From the IMG/VR virus record IMGVR_UViG_3300036770_001413, positions 1 to 64,000 of that record: DNA of 64,000 bases, one strand, 5' to 3'. This stretch comes from a virus. The notes below the pieces were generated by a model. The model saw only the letters and a program-made list of their open reading frames with translations. It ran no database searches and had not been told where the DNA came from. This document shows, piece by piece, positions 37,436 to 48,795 of this stretch. The first letter of the stretch is position 1, and every line of letters begins with the position of its first letter. A program made the translations under genes and the position numbers.

Positions 37436-37853
37436 TTCTCTGGTTCTCCGATCTCTTAATTACTGAGTTGTATGCTATCACCGTGCCGAATCCGTCTGTT
37501 ACGGGAGTGCTTCCAATTACCTCAAAAACGGTGGGAGTCTCTGAAGGATAATTTAATTCTACCCAGATAGGATTGTTCTTTGAATCTCTAATGTTTGTAA
37601 CTTTTTCTCTATAGGTTAATTTATGAGAAGTTCTTACTTGAAGAATCTCCTCATTATTATATTTAGTTCCATAAGACTGAATGCTATTTGTGCGGGTAGA
37701 TGAAGAATTACTGATTACGCCCTTGGCCGAGCAGTCTATGGTTTTGTAATAAACCCATTCTTTTACCAATGCCCCAGTGTCAGCATCTTGTAAATCAAAT
37801 TGACGATATACGTCCATTTTCATAGACAATACTGAGTCTACGAGGTCCAACAT
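37425..37853 (-). CDS. Head closure (stopper) protein
   Basis: QDADTGALVKEW...; position after adaptor. Confidence 0.7.
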   Translation of the reverse strand: MLDLVDSVLSMKMDVYRQFDLQDADTGALVKEWVYYKTIDCSAKGVISNSSSTRTNSIQSYGTKYNNEEILQVRTSHKLTYREKVTNIRDSKNNPIWVELNYPSETPTVFEVIGSTPVTDGFGTVIAYNSVIKRSENQRIGL

Positions 37854-38846
37854 TTATACCACTACCATTTGGGTAAGAACATATGCGCCGAGCAACTTAT
37901 CGGCAAGCTGATTTCCTGTTCCAGAATATGCATCTCCAGAATACTCAAACTGCCAATCGAATGTCTGAATGTTCTTAACGTATTTAGTTCTCCATACGGT
38001 ATCTTTAGCAAAGTAGTCTTTCATAAGCTCAATGCATGCAAGTTGTACATTGCCTGGGACTGATTCCCAGCCGTATCTTCCTTCAACTCTATATCTTACA
38101 TTCTTGGCAAATGCCATTCCGTTATATGTATCATTAATGGACGGCGGCACAAGACCATTTGCAATATATACAGTATTGTCTAGCAATCCAGTTCTATCAA
38201 CTCTAATTCCAAAATTAGTTTCTGAAATGATCGGAGTGTATGTCCAGTTATTTACAGTTGGAGTAGAAACAGTATCTACAAGTAAAATATCATTATGGTA
38301 TAACTTATGAACATTTACAATACGATAAGGAAGCGGCAGGATATCAGAATCATTTCCAAATACCACCTCTACATCATCATATGTAAAGAAGTCCTGTCCA
38401 GTATAATCTTCAATCTGTTTACGAGCATATCTTTCAGCCCTAGTAATTTCAGTGTATGTTTTATAATTAGGATCGCTTGGATCTACTCCAAGGTTTAATT
38501 CATCCATTGCCTCATAAATATTTACATATGGGGTCACTACATCTACATAGGCTGTATGTGAGGCAGCGCTAGAATTTACCGTATACTCCCAAAGTAATTT
38601 AAATTTTCTTTGACGCTGGGTAAGGCTTAATGGTAGATTTACATAGTAACTACCAGTATCTGTTTCTGCCGCCGTTGAAGTTAATGTAGTAAGTAAAGTC
38701 GTTGGAAGAATTGCTGGTGTTATGGTGATGTCAGAAGTTACATCATACACCTTTACTGTTGGTGCAGCATCCGCTGCTACAATTTCTCCCTGCCAAAATA
38801 CTCTATGAGTTATTGGGGAGTTTGTGTTAATGTATATTTCTGCCAT
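37854..38846 (-). CDS. Head-tail adaptor with N-terminal Ig-like extension
   Basis: AR.QIEDYTGQ.F...GWESVP.NVQLACIEL...ADKLL..Y. Confidence 0.75.
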   Translation of the reverse strand: MAEIYINTNSPITHRVFWQGEIVAADAAPTVKVYDVTSDITITPAILPTTLLTTLTSTAAETDTGSYYVNLPLSLTQRQRKFKLLWEYTVNSSAASHTAYVDVVTPYVNIYEAMDELNLGVDPSDPNYKTYTEITRAERYARKQIEDYTGQDFFTYDDVEVVFGNDSDILPLPYRIVNVHKLYHNDILLVDTVSTPTVNNWTYTPIISETNFGIRVDRTGLLDNTVYIANGLVPPSINDTYNGMAFAKNVRYRVEGRYGWESVPGNVQLACIELMKDYFAKDTVWRTKYVKNIQTFDWQFEYSGDAYSGTGNQLADKLLGAYVLTQMVVV

Positions 38847-38855
38847 CTGTATGGC

Positions 38856-39251
38856 TTAGTTGTAGAACTCCTGCACTTCTGCTGGGGTAGCTAACACAAA
38901 GCCTTCCTCCTTATCAAAAATTGCTTGGGCTGTATCTTTGTCCATAGCAATAAATGGATGTTCTTTTGTAAAACGATGTCCCATAATTTCGTAGCTAAAG
39001 TTTGCACGATTCATTTTTACAAGAACCATATCTTCTTCTTTAACTGCCTTTGGTGCCGCCTTTGGTAATGTTTCGTTCATTTCTAATTCTTCTTCCTCTA
39101 TGTCCTTAGACTTTTGATAAATAGCCCAGGTTACGCCTTCTTCTGCAAGAGCAGCAATTATATCTTTTTTACCTTTTTGTTCTGCTATATCTACTGCAAA
39201 GTCTTCTGCAATTTGCTTTAACTCTGCAACTTTTAATGTATCAAATGACAT
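38856..39251 (-). CDS. Protein with N-terminal Rho-N/HeH-like helix-extension-helix domain
   Basis: LKVAELKQIAEDF.V.....KKDIIAAL. Confidence 0.7.
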   Translation of the reverse strand: MSFDTLKVAELKQIAEDFAVDIAEQKGKKDIIAALAEEGVTWAIYQKSKDIEEEELEMNETLPKAAPKAVKEEDMVLVKMNRANFSYEIMGHRFTKEHPFIAMDKDTAQAIFDKEEGFVLATPAEVQEFYN

Positions 39252-39277
39252 TAATTTCTCCTTTTGTAGGTTATTTA

Positions 39278-39294
39278 ATTATAGCATTAGTCAA
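39278..39294 (-). promoter_or_regulatory. Promoter TTGACTAA-TGC-TATAAT
   Basis: Extended -10 just downstream of capsid terminator. Confidence 0.65.
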
Positions 39295-39296
39295 TT

Positions 39297-39331
39297 AAAA
39301 GGAAAAGCCCCCAAATTAATGGGGGCCTTTC
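39297..39331 (-). terminator. Intrinsic terminator after major capsid gene
   Basis: GAAAGGCCCCCA-ttaatt-TGGGGGCTTTTCCTTTT on minus strand. Confidence 0.85.
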
Positions 39332-39350
39332 AGCAGATCTAAATCCTAAA

Positions 39351-40400
39351 TTAGGAAGCGACCTTAACGTTCTTAACAACGACCCATGCGTCTGCCTGCT
39401 CGATTTGAACGCCAACACGTGTATACATTGTATACTCGATGGAATCCTTACGAGGCTGGAAGAAGCGGTATACGGTTACATCACGCTTGATACCAATAAC
39501 TACGTTATTTGGGAATGTCAAGTGGATATCTCCATGATCGCCAGTTTCGCCAGAGTAGTCTCCGTCTTGTGCCTCTTTTAGAAGAGGTACTTCAACGATT
39601 GGAATACCGAATGCGAATGGTGCTACGTATCCTGCTGGACCACCTAGTGGCTCAGTTGCTCCACGGATGATGCTTGATGCAATATCCTGTGGGATAGTTT
39701 GATTTGTTCCAATGCTATTTGCGTACAGGAAGTCCTGAATCAAATTGGAACCTGCAAGGAAGCGAAGATCGCCACGGCGTTGCTTGTACTTACGTGGAAG
39801 CTCCTTAAGTGCGCTGTTAAATACAGCACGGCTTACGTTTGCTCCTGCAGCATCAACAACATGTCCGTATTGCTTTGCCTTCTTTACTACACCATCAAAT
39901 GACTTGTATAGGGCATCTCCTGTGAGAGCGGTATTTCCATTGAGGACTACGTCTTCAATGTCGTTACCTGCCTGTGTTGCCATCAAACGTGCAATATGAT
40001 CTTCTAGATCTGGACCCTCAATATTGTCTTCAAGAGACTCTGTTGAAAGCTCCCAGTCTAAACGTAGTTTCTTTGTTGTCAAAGAAATCTTTGAGAAAGA
40101 TACTGCGCTATTTACGCCATCGTTATCTGCCTCTGTCGCAAGCTTCATAAGCTTCTCGCCTACTGACATACGATCAATTTCAGTGGTATCTGCTCTCATT
40201 CTAACTGTACGTGCAACCTTACCAATTACGGTAGCGTCGAACATATAGTCTAGGAAGCGAGCTGATTGTTCTGGATTTAGTAGTCCGCCCTCACCCTCTG
40301 AACCGATATGTACGCCTGTGGTTGCTACTGCAGACCCAGTCATATTAGCGGTAACTTGAGTGTTAGCAGCTACTGCTTTTTCTAACATTTCATTACTCAT
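39351..40400 (-). CDS. Major capsid protein (HK97 fold)
   Basis: GGLLNPEQSARF...ESLEDNIEG...NG...; follows protease/scaffold, followed by terminator; start ATG 40400. Confidence 0.92.
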   Translation of the reverse strand: MSNEMLEKAVAANTQVTANMTGSAVATTGVHIGSEGEGGLLNPEQSARFLDYMFDATVIGKVARTVRMRADTTEIDRMSVGEKLMKLATEADNDGVNSAVSFSKISLTTKKLRLDWELSTESLEDNIEGPDLEDHIARLMATQAGNDIEDVVLNGNTALTGDALYKSFDGVVKKAKQYGHVVDAAGANVSRAVFNSALKELPRKYKQRRGDLRFLAGSNLIQDFLYANSIGTNQTIPQDIASSIIRGATEPLGGPAGYVAPFAFGIPIVEVPLLKEAQDGDYSGETGDHGDIHLTFPNNVVIGIKRDVTVYRFFQPRKDSIEYTMYTRVGVQIEQADAWVVVKNVKVAS

Positions 40401-40420
40401 TTTATTTTTCACCTACCTTT

Positions 40421-41737
40421 TTATTTTAAAAGTTCATTCACGGAACCGAGGAAAGAACCGTTCCATTTTGATTTCTTGATTGTTACTTCCTGAGACCCGC
40501 CAAGGTCTGAGGACTTCTTAATTGCGGTCTCTGATTCTACCGCTACGACACGCTTTTCTACGCCATCAATCGTGTTCTTGATATCTTCTACAGCCTTTGA
40601 AAGTGCTGTATGTTGTTCTGCCAATTCTGAAATACGACCATCGACGCTCTTGCTGAATGTTTCAACTGTCTCTTTGATAGCTGATACCTGTTGAGCGTTA
40701 GCTTCGGAAGCCTTGTTCAGTGTTTCTGAGAAAAAGCCTTTTAGATCGCCAAGCATCTTTGCAAAATCAGGTTCATCAACCATAACTTCTGATACGTCGG
40801 CTGCTTTTTCCAGAGTTTCGGCAGAAGCGTCTTCAGCAGGTGCTGCCTCTTCGGCAGGAGCTGCTTCTTCAACAGCTGCTACTTCAGCAGGTGCTGTCTC
40901 TTCAACTGCAGGAGTTTCTTCAACTACTGCGTTTTCTGTATTTTCTGACACTTCATTACCTCCTTCTGCGTTTGCCTGTTTTGCAATTGTGTTTGTATCA
41001 GGCAACGTTAATCTTGACTTATGTAAATCAAGAATTCTATTTATTTCCTTTGCTTTGTTTACATCGTTTGATTCTACCCAACCAATTAAAGCTGCTGGCT
41101 TTCCAGAAACTGGTGATGTATATTCTGCATCTGTTGACATAAATACAGAATCGCTATCTTCACAATAAAAAATGTTTTCTACTTTTGTCTCTGCTGCAAT
41201 TCCCTTGAACATTAATTTGCCATTACTCTTTTGAATAGACAAAATGTTGCAAAGTTCATTTGCTGGAGAATCAACTACTGATAGCTCCATAAGAGAATAG
41301 TCTTTGATAAATCTTACTGGCTTACCTGTTGCTTTATTAACTTCATTTTCTGAGTCAATAATCTTTCCGCCGATTGAAAATCCTTGTAGGGTTCCGTCCA
41401 AAATCTTTTCCCATGTATCTTGTGCGCCTTTGGAAATGTATGCGTCTACATAAACTCCGTTAAAAAATTCGCCAGTCTTTGCGTCAAAATACGTTTCTGG
41501 CTTGAATGAAACCATTTTGCCAACAGCATTGCTTCCGTGCATTTCACGAATATTTCCACGGAAAGATTCGAATGCTTTAATGCTTGCTTCTGCTGTTACA
41601 ACATCTCCTGTTTGATCAAGATTGTCTAGTGTGGCAAAACCAGAAACTGTGCGCTTCTCACGATTGACTTTCGTGAATGGCACGGATAGGCTGATGTCGT
41701 CGCCATTAGATGACCATAGAGATTTCTCAATATTCAT
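40421..41737 (-). CDS. HK97-family prohead protease fused to acidic scaffold region
   Basis: D..GDVV, REMH, GFSIGG, ELSVVDSPAN; Ala/Glu-rich linker and coiled coil. Confidence 0.9.
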   Translation of the reverse strand: MNIEKSLWSSNGDDISLSVPFTKVNREKRTVSGFATLDNLDQTGDVVTAEASIKAFESFRGNIREMHGSNAVGKMVSFKPETYFDAKTGEFFNGVYVDAYISKGAQDTWEKILDGTLQGFSIGGKIIDSENEVNKATGKPVRFIKDYSLMELSVVDSPANELCNILSIQKSNGKLMFKGIAAETKVENIFYCEDSDSVFMSTDAEYTSPVSGKPAALIGWVESNDVNKAKEINRILDLHKSRLTLPDTNTIAKQANAEGGNEVSENTENAVVEETPAVEETAPAEVAAVEEAAPAEEAAPAEDASAETLEKAADVSEVMVDEPDFAKMLGDLKGFFSETLNKASEANAQQVSAIKETVETFSKSVDGRISELAEQHTALSKAVEDIKNTIDGVEKRVVAVESETAIKKSSDLGGSQEVTIKKSKWNGSFLGSVNELLK

Positions 41738-41744
41738 ATGCTTA

Positions 41745-41773
41745 ATTTTATAACGTTATTATATATAAGGCAA
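41745..41773 (-). promoter_or_regulatory. Promoter TTGCCT-N17-TAAAAT, 7 nt before protease ATG (leaderless)
   Basis: Second copy of TATTTGCCTT...TAAAATT; no SD. Confidence 0.75.
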
Positions 41774-41791
41774 ATAATCAGTTGAGTAGTA

Positions 41792-43378
41792 TTACTCGAC
41801 CTGTCTGCCTTCGCCTTGAGGATTTCTAGATTCCCCTGAAATATCGGGTGAATTATTTTCCCTCTCTTGAGTTCTATTTCTGGTATTTCCAGCTTGGGCC
41901 CTTATTTCCGCCTGCTGTTGTGGTTTTAATTGGACTACTTCGTCTCCGCCGTCCCTTGGAACCATACCCTTTCTAATTCTAATTTCATTAGGGGTAATTA
42001 CCTGCATCCTTAAATATCTCTCATCGATCTTAGATTGGGTATCCTCATCTGTGAGACTTAATTCATTAAATTTAATTTGCAGGGCGTCAGTCATTTCTTC
42101 AATTAATTTATTTAATTTCTTTTCTAGAATTTCCTGAACTGGCTTGCATACCTGCTCTTTAAATGTCTTGTCTGCATCACGAGCATTTGCCAATGAAATT
42201 CCTTGAGGACTTCCAATTTTAGAAATAGGAACACGGTGAGCCATTAATATTTCGTCTCTATTGGATTGACGATATACATTAAATGAGGACTCTTGGGTTC
42301 CCGCCTCAATTGGTTCCATCTTAAATTCAGTTTTAGAATCTGGGGAATCTGGTGGAAGTGGGATATATAGTGAGCGGTGATTTCTTCCTTTAAGACCGAC
42401 CTGGAAAAATTCCAGAAGCTTTCTCTCGGACTCTGGGGATAATTTAGCACCCTTTACTGTGATGATATATCTTGGGACCGCCTTGTTTTCAAAATAGTCT
42501 AAGTTATACTTTCCAGCAAATTCATTTCCTGCCATAGCATTTGCTGCTGCGACAATATCTGGGATTCCGTAATAGTTATTGCGTGGAGTGTACTTCTTGA
42601 AATGGATAATCTCATTAGGTCTATCGCTGCCGTCCGAAATTGGATTTGGCGTTTCCTGGTCTCCAAAGTTTCTAAAGTATACAGCCTTGCCGTATAGCAA
42701 TTGAATGAAGCCATCTCTTAGGCGGCGTACACGCATTGTCTTTGAAGGGATATGCCCAATATATCCTACCTTGCCAGATGTAGTTCTTGAAATTTCTAGA
42801 TAGCCATTTCCTGTTGCTTCAACATCTGTGTAGAATTTAATCAAGGTCTCTTTGAATGTTTCTTCTTCATTACAAGCTTCTAGCCACTCATGTAGATCTT
42901 GGCGAAGTCTATCAAGCTTACGACGTGCTCTTTCTAATTGTGCATCGTTATCAATCTCATCAATAGCATCTACTGTTTTACGGGTTTCGATAAAGTCAAA
43001 GCCAAGTCCAACTACGTTTGATACTTTAGCATTAATTGCTGCATAGTTGTATGGAGATATTTCATATATCTGAGATAGGTATTCAAGATTATATGGAGGC
43101 TCAATAAGATCAAACATAGCATAGCCTGTAATGGCTTGTGCTAATAGATTCTGTTGTGTCTCTGTTCCTTCAATTCCCACAAATCTCTTTTGAATATTTC
43201 TGCTTAGTTTGCGGCGGAATGAAGAGCCCAATCCAGATATCTTCTGTAGCTCTTCGCCAGAGGCCATAAACACATCATTTGTTTTTGTAATAACTGTTGA
43301 TGGTATATGAAAATCGGAGGCAGTAAATGCCCTTAAACCTGTGTCTATTTCTTCGTTGTTATCTTCTATCATTCCCAT
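41792..43378 (-). CDS. Portal protein
   Basis: TGNGYLE, EIIHFK...YYGIP, YFENKAVP, AHRVP, ITPNEIR; likely start ATG 43378. Confidence 0.93.
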   Translation of the reverse strand: MGMIEDNNEEIDTGLRAFTASDFHIPSTVITKTNDVFMASGEELQKISGLGSSFRRKLSRNIQKRFVGIEGTETQQNLLAQAITGYAMFDLIEPPYNLEYLSQIYEISPYNYAAINAKVSNVVGLGFDFIETRKTVDAIDEIDNDAQLERARRKLDRLRQDLHEWLEACNEEETFKETLIKFYTDVEATGNGYLEISRTTSGKVGYIGHIPSKTMRVRRLRDGFIQLLYGKAVYFRNFGDQETPNPISDGSDRPNEIIHFKKYTPRNNYYGIPDIVAAANAMAGNEFAGKYNLDYFENKAVPRYIITVKGAKLSPESERKLLEFFQVGLKGRNHRSLYIPLPPDSPDSKTEFKMEPIEAGTQESSFNVYRQSNRDEILMAHRVPISKIGSPQGISLANARDADKTFKEQVCKPVQEILEKKLNKLIEEMTDALQIKFNELSLTDEDTQSKIDERYLRMQVITPNEIRIRKGMVPRDGGDEVVQLKPQQQAEIRAQAGNTRNRTQERENNSPDISGESRNPQGEGRQVE

Positions 43379-43379
43379 T

Positions 43380-43721
43380 TTATTTCTTCCTCTGCGCCTT
43401 TTTTGTATCTTCTTTATAAACGCCAATGTCCAGCGGATCTGGAACTAGGCCCCATTTTAATCTTTGTTGCTGGTATTCAAATTCCTCGTCGTCAATCTTT
43501 CTCCGCCCTGATAAAAACTTTGGCTGCCCCTCATAGATTCCATATGACCTAACTTCTCTGGCTAGCATATCTATCTTGGCCCTATTGTTTTTCATTGCCG
43601 TTACGGATAAGAAGTTTCCTTCATCATCGCCAATCCATCTGCCATCAGGCATCTCCCAAACATAGATTCCAAGGGTAGTTTCCTCTGGAGACATAGTGGC
43701 ATTTGTTCTTTTTAGGTCCAT
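43380..43721 (-). CDS. Conserved hypothetical protein upstream of portal
   Basis: GIYVWEMPDG...GLVPDPLD; own promoter. Confidence 0.7.
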   Translation of the reverse strand: MDLKRTNATMSPEETTLGIYVWEMPDGRWIGDDEGNFLSVTAMKNNRAKIDMLAREVRSYGIYEGQPKFLSGRRKIDDEEFEYQQQRLKWGLVPDPLDIGVYKEDTKKAQRKK

Positions 43722-43729
43722 AGATGTTT

Positions 43730-43784
43730 ATTTTACCACCTTTGTGGGCTTAAGTCCAGCTTTTTGTCAGGCAATATGACAAAA
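43730..43784 (-). promoter_or_regulatory. Promoter TGGACT-N17-TAAAAT (extended TG) with upstream inverted repeat TTTTGTCA-N7-TGACAAAA
   Basis: -10 43730-43735, -35 43753-43758, IR 43762-43784. Confidence 0.6.
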
Positions 43785-45656
43785 TTATACGTTTTGGATT
43801 ACGATCCAGTCATTATTATATGATTCAACGCCATCTTCTGTCATGGTTGTTGTCGAAGAATCTGTAATTGAGGAACTTTGTTTACGTCTATATAGGTCAT
43901 AATTGGCTGCCGCCTGTGTAGAATTAAATGCAGTCTCATATAGGGCTATATATTGATATAGGGCTGAGACTGATCCATATACAGAATAATTAAATCTAAT
44001 ATCATTTGATACCGCCGACCCAAATACTATGAGGACGTGGTGTAATTGTCCTGCCCTAAATATATTTGAGACATTTGTCTGTGAGGTTTTATTTACCCCA
44101 TTTACATATATTGCTGAGATATTGGTTTTTGATACCGCCCCCGAATTGTGCCAAGATATATTTGAAGCGGCATAGCCATTTGTGGCAGTTGTAGAAATTA
44201 GCCCACTATCAGTTAAAGTGGCGGGGGTGTAGAAAAATTCTAAAGTCTGAACTCCCTTTGTCGTAGTAATTTCAAATCCAGAATCAACTACTGTCCTTAA
44301 TCCATTTCTACTATTTCTTGAAAGGATATCATATGGGAGTTTGCCCAAAGTAATTCTATAATCCGATATTCCAGCATCTTCTTCAAGTGTTGTCATATAG
44401 CTATTTCCATTATAGGCATATCTGGTTTGATTATTATAGAAAAGCATATCTAGGTTAAACAGCCTAGGAATATATCTTGTTGTATCTGTAGAGGTAAATA
44501 TAATTCTCAAATATATTGTTCCTGCCGACGAAAAACTATTTAATGTATATCCTGGTATCTGTTGTCCATTAATACAATTGTTATAGGTTACTCCATCTAT
44601 GCTTGCCTGAACAGTAATTCCATTGTCGCCATGCCACTCAATTTTAGACGAATCAAATGTGGCGGAAGAAGGGATAGAAATAAAATCATTTATAGTAACA
44701 GTACTAGATGCTGCAGAATCCGTTTGAGTAATTTCAAGACAATCTAAAGTAAGGTTATGTGTCAAGCCAGTTGTAACTAATTCGTCCCATCCTTTGCTAT
44801 AAGGATATTGGAATTTATATAATGAGGACATTTCATCATCATACATTTCAAACAATTCTCCATTTGCTGGATCTACTATTTGAATAGCTGGCAAAGGTTG
44901 TCCTTGTGCAAAATGATATGCAATTTGATTTTGAGATAAGCCGTATCTATATATAGCTACGCTATTTATTAAAAATACATTTGAGCTGTCAGGAGTAGGC
45001 CCAGTAATTAGATTTAAATTAGTATTTGTAAACTCAAAATTATTTAAGCTTTTTGTAGCTGCCAATTGTCCATCTATATAAATTGATGCAGAGTTAACTG
45101 AATAAACGGAGGCTACATGAAAGGATTTATTTGTAGAGGGCAATGTATATTCTACAGAATCTGTATCTAGTTTAAATACTATATTTCCTTTTTGATAAAA
45201 TACTCCTACGTCTTCCGCCGAATCTCCTACTAAAGGAATTTCATCAGTTGAAGAAATTTGAGGGTGGAACCAGAACTCTATTGTAAAATCATTATCCGAT
45301 GATGACGCTGTTCCAAATTGGCTAGTTGTTGCAGTAGCAGTATAGTCATTGTTAATATTATATATAATTGAGTTGGTATTTGTTATATTGGTTGCTCTAC
45401 TGTTTCCCGCCACAAGTGGTATTAAATCTGGGGCGGGATCTCCAATATAATTCCCATCATTTTCACATCCTGAATGATCATAAGCAACATCTCCATATAT
45501 ATTTGCATATGAAGATATGTTATCTAATACATCTTGGTATGTTGCAAATTGTGCCAAAAAAGCAGTAAAGTTATCTACTAGATCGACTGTTGTTAGATCG
45601 TCTAATGGATAATATGCTATAGGATAATCATATAGCACTGCTGCTTTATATGACAT
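43785..45656 (-). CDS. LamG/concanavalin A-like virion protein
   Basis: D.PIAYYPLD, FTIEFW, HVASVY...IYIDG, VAIY...LS..QI..H; second LamG-like repeat at C-terminus. Confidence 0.8.
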   Translation of the reverse strand: MSYKAAVLYDYPIAYYPLDDLTTVDLVDNFTAFLAQFATYQDVLDNISSYANIYGDVAYDHSGCENDGNYIGDPAPDLIPLVAGNSRATNITNTNSIIYNINNDYTATATTSQFGTASSSDNDFTIEFWFHPQISSTDEIPLVGDSAEDVGVFYQKGNIVFKLDTDSVEYTLPSTNKSFHVASVYSVNSASIYIDGQLAATKSLNNFEFTNTNLNLITGPTPDSSNVFLINSVAIYRYGLSQNQIAYHFAQGQPLPAIQIVDPANGELFEMYDDEMSSLYKFQYPYSKGWDELVTTGLTHNLTLDCLEITQTDSAASSTVTINDFISIPSSATFDSSKIEWHGDNGITVQASIDGVTYNNCINGQQIPGYTLNSFSSAGTIYLRIIFTSTDTTRYIPRLFNLDMLFYNNQTRYAYNGNSYMTTLEEDAGISDYRITLGKLPYDILSRNSRNGLRTVVDSGFEITTTKGVQTLEFFYTPATLTDSGLISTTATNGYAASNISWHNSGAVSKTNISAIYVNGVNKTSQTNVSNIFRAGQLHHVLIVFGSAVSNDIRFNYSVYGSVSALYQYIALYETAFNSTQAAANYDLYRRKQSSSITDSSTTTMTEDGVESYNNDWIVIQNV

Positions 45657-45856
45657 TAATTTATTGCTGTTATTTGAGCTTGTTTCTCAGCAATTTGATC
45701 CTCTAAATCAGAAAGCTTTGCTGCATCTGGTGATGTTTTTGCATTTTCTGCAATTACTTCAACCTCAAGAGCATACATCTGATATTCAAGATTACGTTTT
45801 GCTGCAATCTTAATCTGAGCCTTTTCATCATCTGTAAGTTGTGTATATGTTGCCAT
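45656..45856 (-). CDS. Small helical hairpin protein
   Basis: SD AGGAGG, coiled-coil. Confidence 0.7.
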   Translation of the reverse strand: MATYTQLTDDEKAQIKIAAKRNLEYQMYALEVEVIAENAKTSPDAAKLSDLEDQIAEKQAQITAIN

Positions 45857-45864
45857 TATTCCTC

Positions 45865-46059
45865 CTATATATTATTTAGCCTATCAACTTCTTGTTGTAA
45901 GGCATTTTTTTGAGATATCAAATCAGAGATTTGCTGCTCTGTTGACATCTTACCATTTGGTATAGGGCCAGTTGAATTATTTTCAGCAAGCCATTCCAAT
46001 CCTATTTCTATAGCATTTATTTTAGCAGACAATACTTTTATTTTATCTATGGTATCCAT
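45865..46059 (-). CDS. Small helical hairpin protein, putative chaperone of upstream fibre
   Basis: TAATG-coupled start at 46059. Confidence 0.65.
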   Translation of the reverse strand: MDTIDKIKVLSAKINAIEIGLEWLAENNSTGPIPNGKMSTEQQISDLISQKNALQQEVDRLNNI

Positions 46060-47591
46060 TAAATCACCCATGTTAATGTTCCGCTACTTCCAGCGCTATT
46101 TGATGCAGTTACATTATATTGTGCCCACGAACCATACGAATCAGAATCCCATCCTTGCTGGGGAATATTTAAAGTTGTGGATAAGCTGCTAGAAGAAAGT
46201 GTTCCTGAATTTCTAAGAGACCATGGTCCAGTATTAAAGTCTGATGAATACACTGTCCAACTATAAGTAATTGGAGTTGTTCCAGAAGACGAAGATGTGA
46301 AAGTAGCATTTGTTATATAATTAAAATTATTTCCAGACGAAGGAAGCTGATACGTTCCTCCACCATTTGTTGGGGTAGATGGCGCTACTGCTGCAGATTG
46401 AAAAGTTCCAGATCCACTTGTATATCCTGAATACTTAGTAGTTAAACTAACAGAACCTGATTGTGAAGATCCTTGCGAGCCTCCCACATATGCCACCACT
46501 TGAAAAGATGTGCTTCCTGAAGTATTTCCTTTTGTATATGTATAAGAATTAGAAGTTGTAGTAGTAATAAAACTTCCATCTACATAAATATAATATGTAA
46601 CTGTAGTGTGTGATCCAGATATTGCATTCCAGCTTCCAGTAACACGACCATTAAAATTTGCAGATCTTATAAAAACAGTAAAGGAAGTTCCTGCAGTACC
46701 GCTTACAACATTTGCAGTTCTAGTACTATCATTTCTATTTGTTAAAGTTCCAACAGATGAATATCCATCATAAAAAGATATGTTTGTTCCTGCTCCCCAA
46801 GATACGTTTGCAGTTGTTTGTCCAGTAACTGTTACGCTAACTGAAGACGGTGCTCCTGGGGTAATTGTTGAATCAGATACTGACAAACCTGTTACCGTTG
46901 GCAATGCAATAAATGAACTGCTATATGCAGAAGCTGAAGATCCTGTCGATGTATTTGTAGCAGTAACTAGACACCATACAGATGCTCCAACTACAGATGC
47001 TGGGATTGTTAGTGATGAGGATGTAGCTCCAGATATTGCTGTTCCGTTACTTGCGTTATACCATTGATATGAATAAGAGTTTGGATTACCATTCCATGTT
47101 CCTGTTGTAACTGTTGCTGTTCCGCCTAAAAATGTGCTACCTCCAGTAGTTGGCGCTGTAACATTTGTTACAGCAGCACTAGTTACAGTAATTGAATTAC
47201 TAGATATTACTGGGGTAGATCCTCTATTATTTGTTGCGGTTACTCTACAAGATATTGCATTTCCAACATCTGCAACAACTGTGCTATATGTAGAACTAGT
47301 TGCACCAGATATGTCGCTTGATCCACGTCTCCACTGATAGGAGTATGACGCTGGTGAGTATGCTAGATTAGAGTTCCAAGATCCTGTTGTACAAGAAAGA
47401 GTATTTCCTTGTGTAGCTGTTCCAGATACTGTTGGTGCCGCCGTATTTATTGGATATTCTGGATACCATTGTTTCCATGCAGATCCATTCCACATCCAAC
47501 CTCTTACTGCATTTTTCCAGGCGGAACCATTGTATAATTTTAATCCGTTTATATTTTTCCAGTTAGAGCCATCATATAATTTGCTTACCAT
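46059..47591 (-). CDS. Ser/Thr-rich virion fibre with Ig-like/FN3 repeats
   Basis: N-terminal (Y/W)NGSAWK triplet; APTVSG...TGSW...YSYQW repeats. Confidence 0.8.
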   Translation of the reverse strand: MVSKLYDGSNWKNINGLKLYNGSAWKNAVRGWMWNGSAWKQWYPEYPINTAAPTVSGTATQGNTLSCTTGSWNSNLAYSPASYSYQWRRGSSDISGATSSTYSTVVADVGNAISCRVTATNNRGSTPVISSNSITVTSAAVTNVTAPTTGGSTFLGGTATVTTGTWNGNPNSYSYQWYNASNGTAISGATSSSLTIPASVVGASVWCLVTATNTSTGSSASAYSSSFIALPTVTGLSVSDSTITPGAPSSVSVTVTGQTTANVSWGAGTNISFYDGYSSVGTLTNRNDSTRTANVVSGTAGTSFTVFIRSANFNGRVTGSWNAISGSHTTVTYYIYVDGSFITTTTSNSYTYTKGNTSGSTSFQVVAYVGGSQGSSQSGSVSLTTKYSGYTSGSGTFQSAAVAPSTPTNGGGTYQLPSSGNNFNYITNATFTSSSSGTTPITYSWTVYSSDFNTGPWSLRNSGTLSSSSLSTTLNIPQQGWDSDSYGSWAQYNVTASNSAGSSGTLTWVI

Positions 47592-47593
47592 GA

Positions 47594-48795
<1,202 letters not shown>

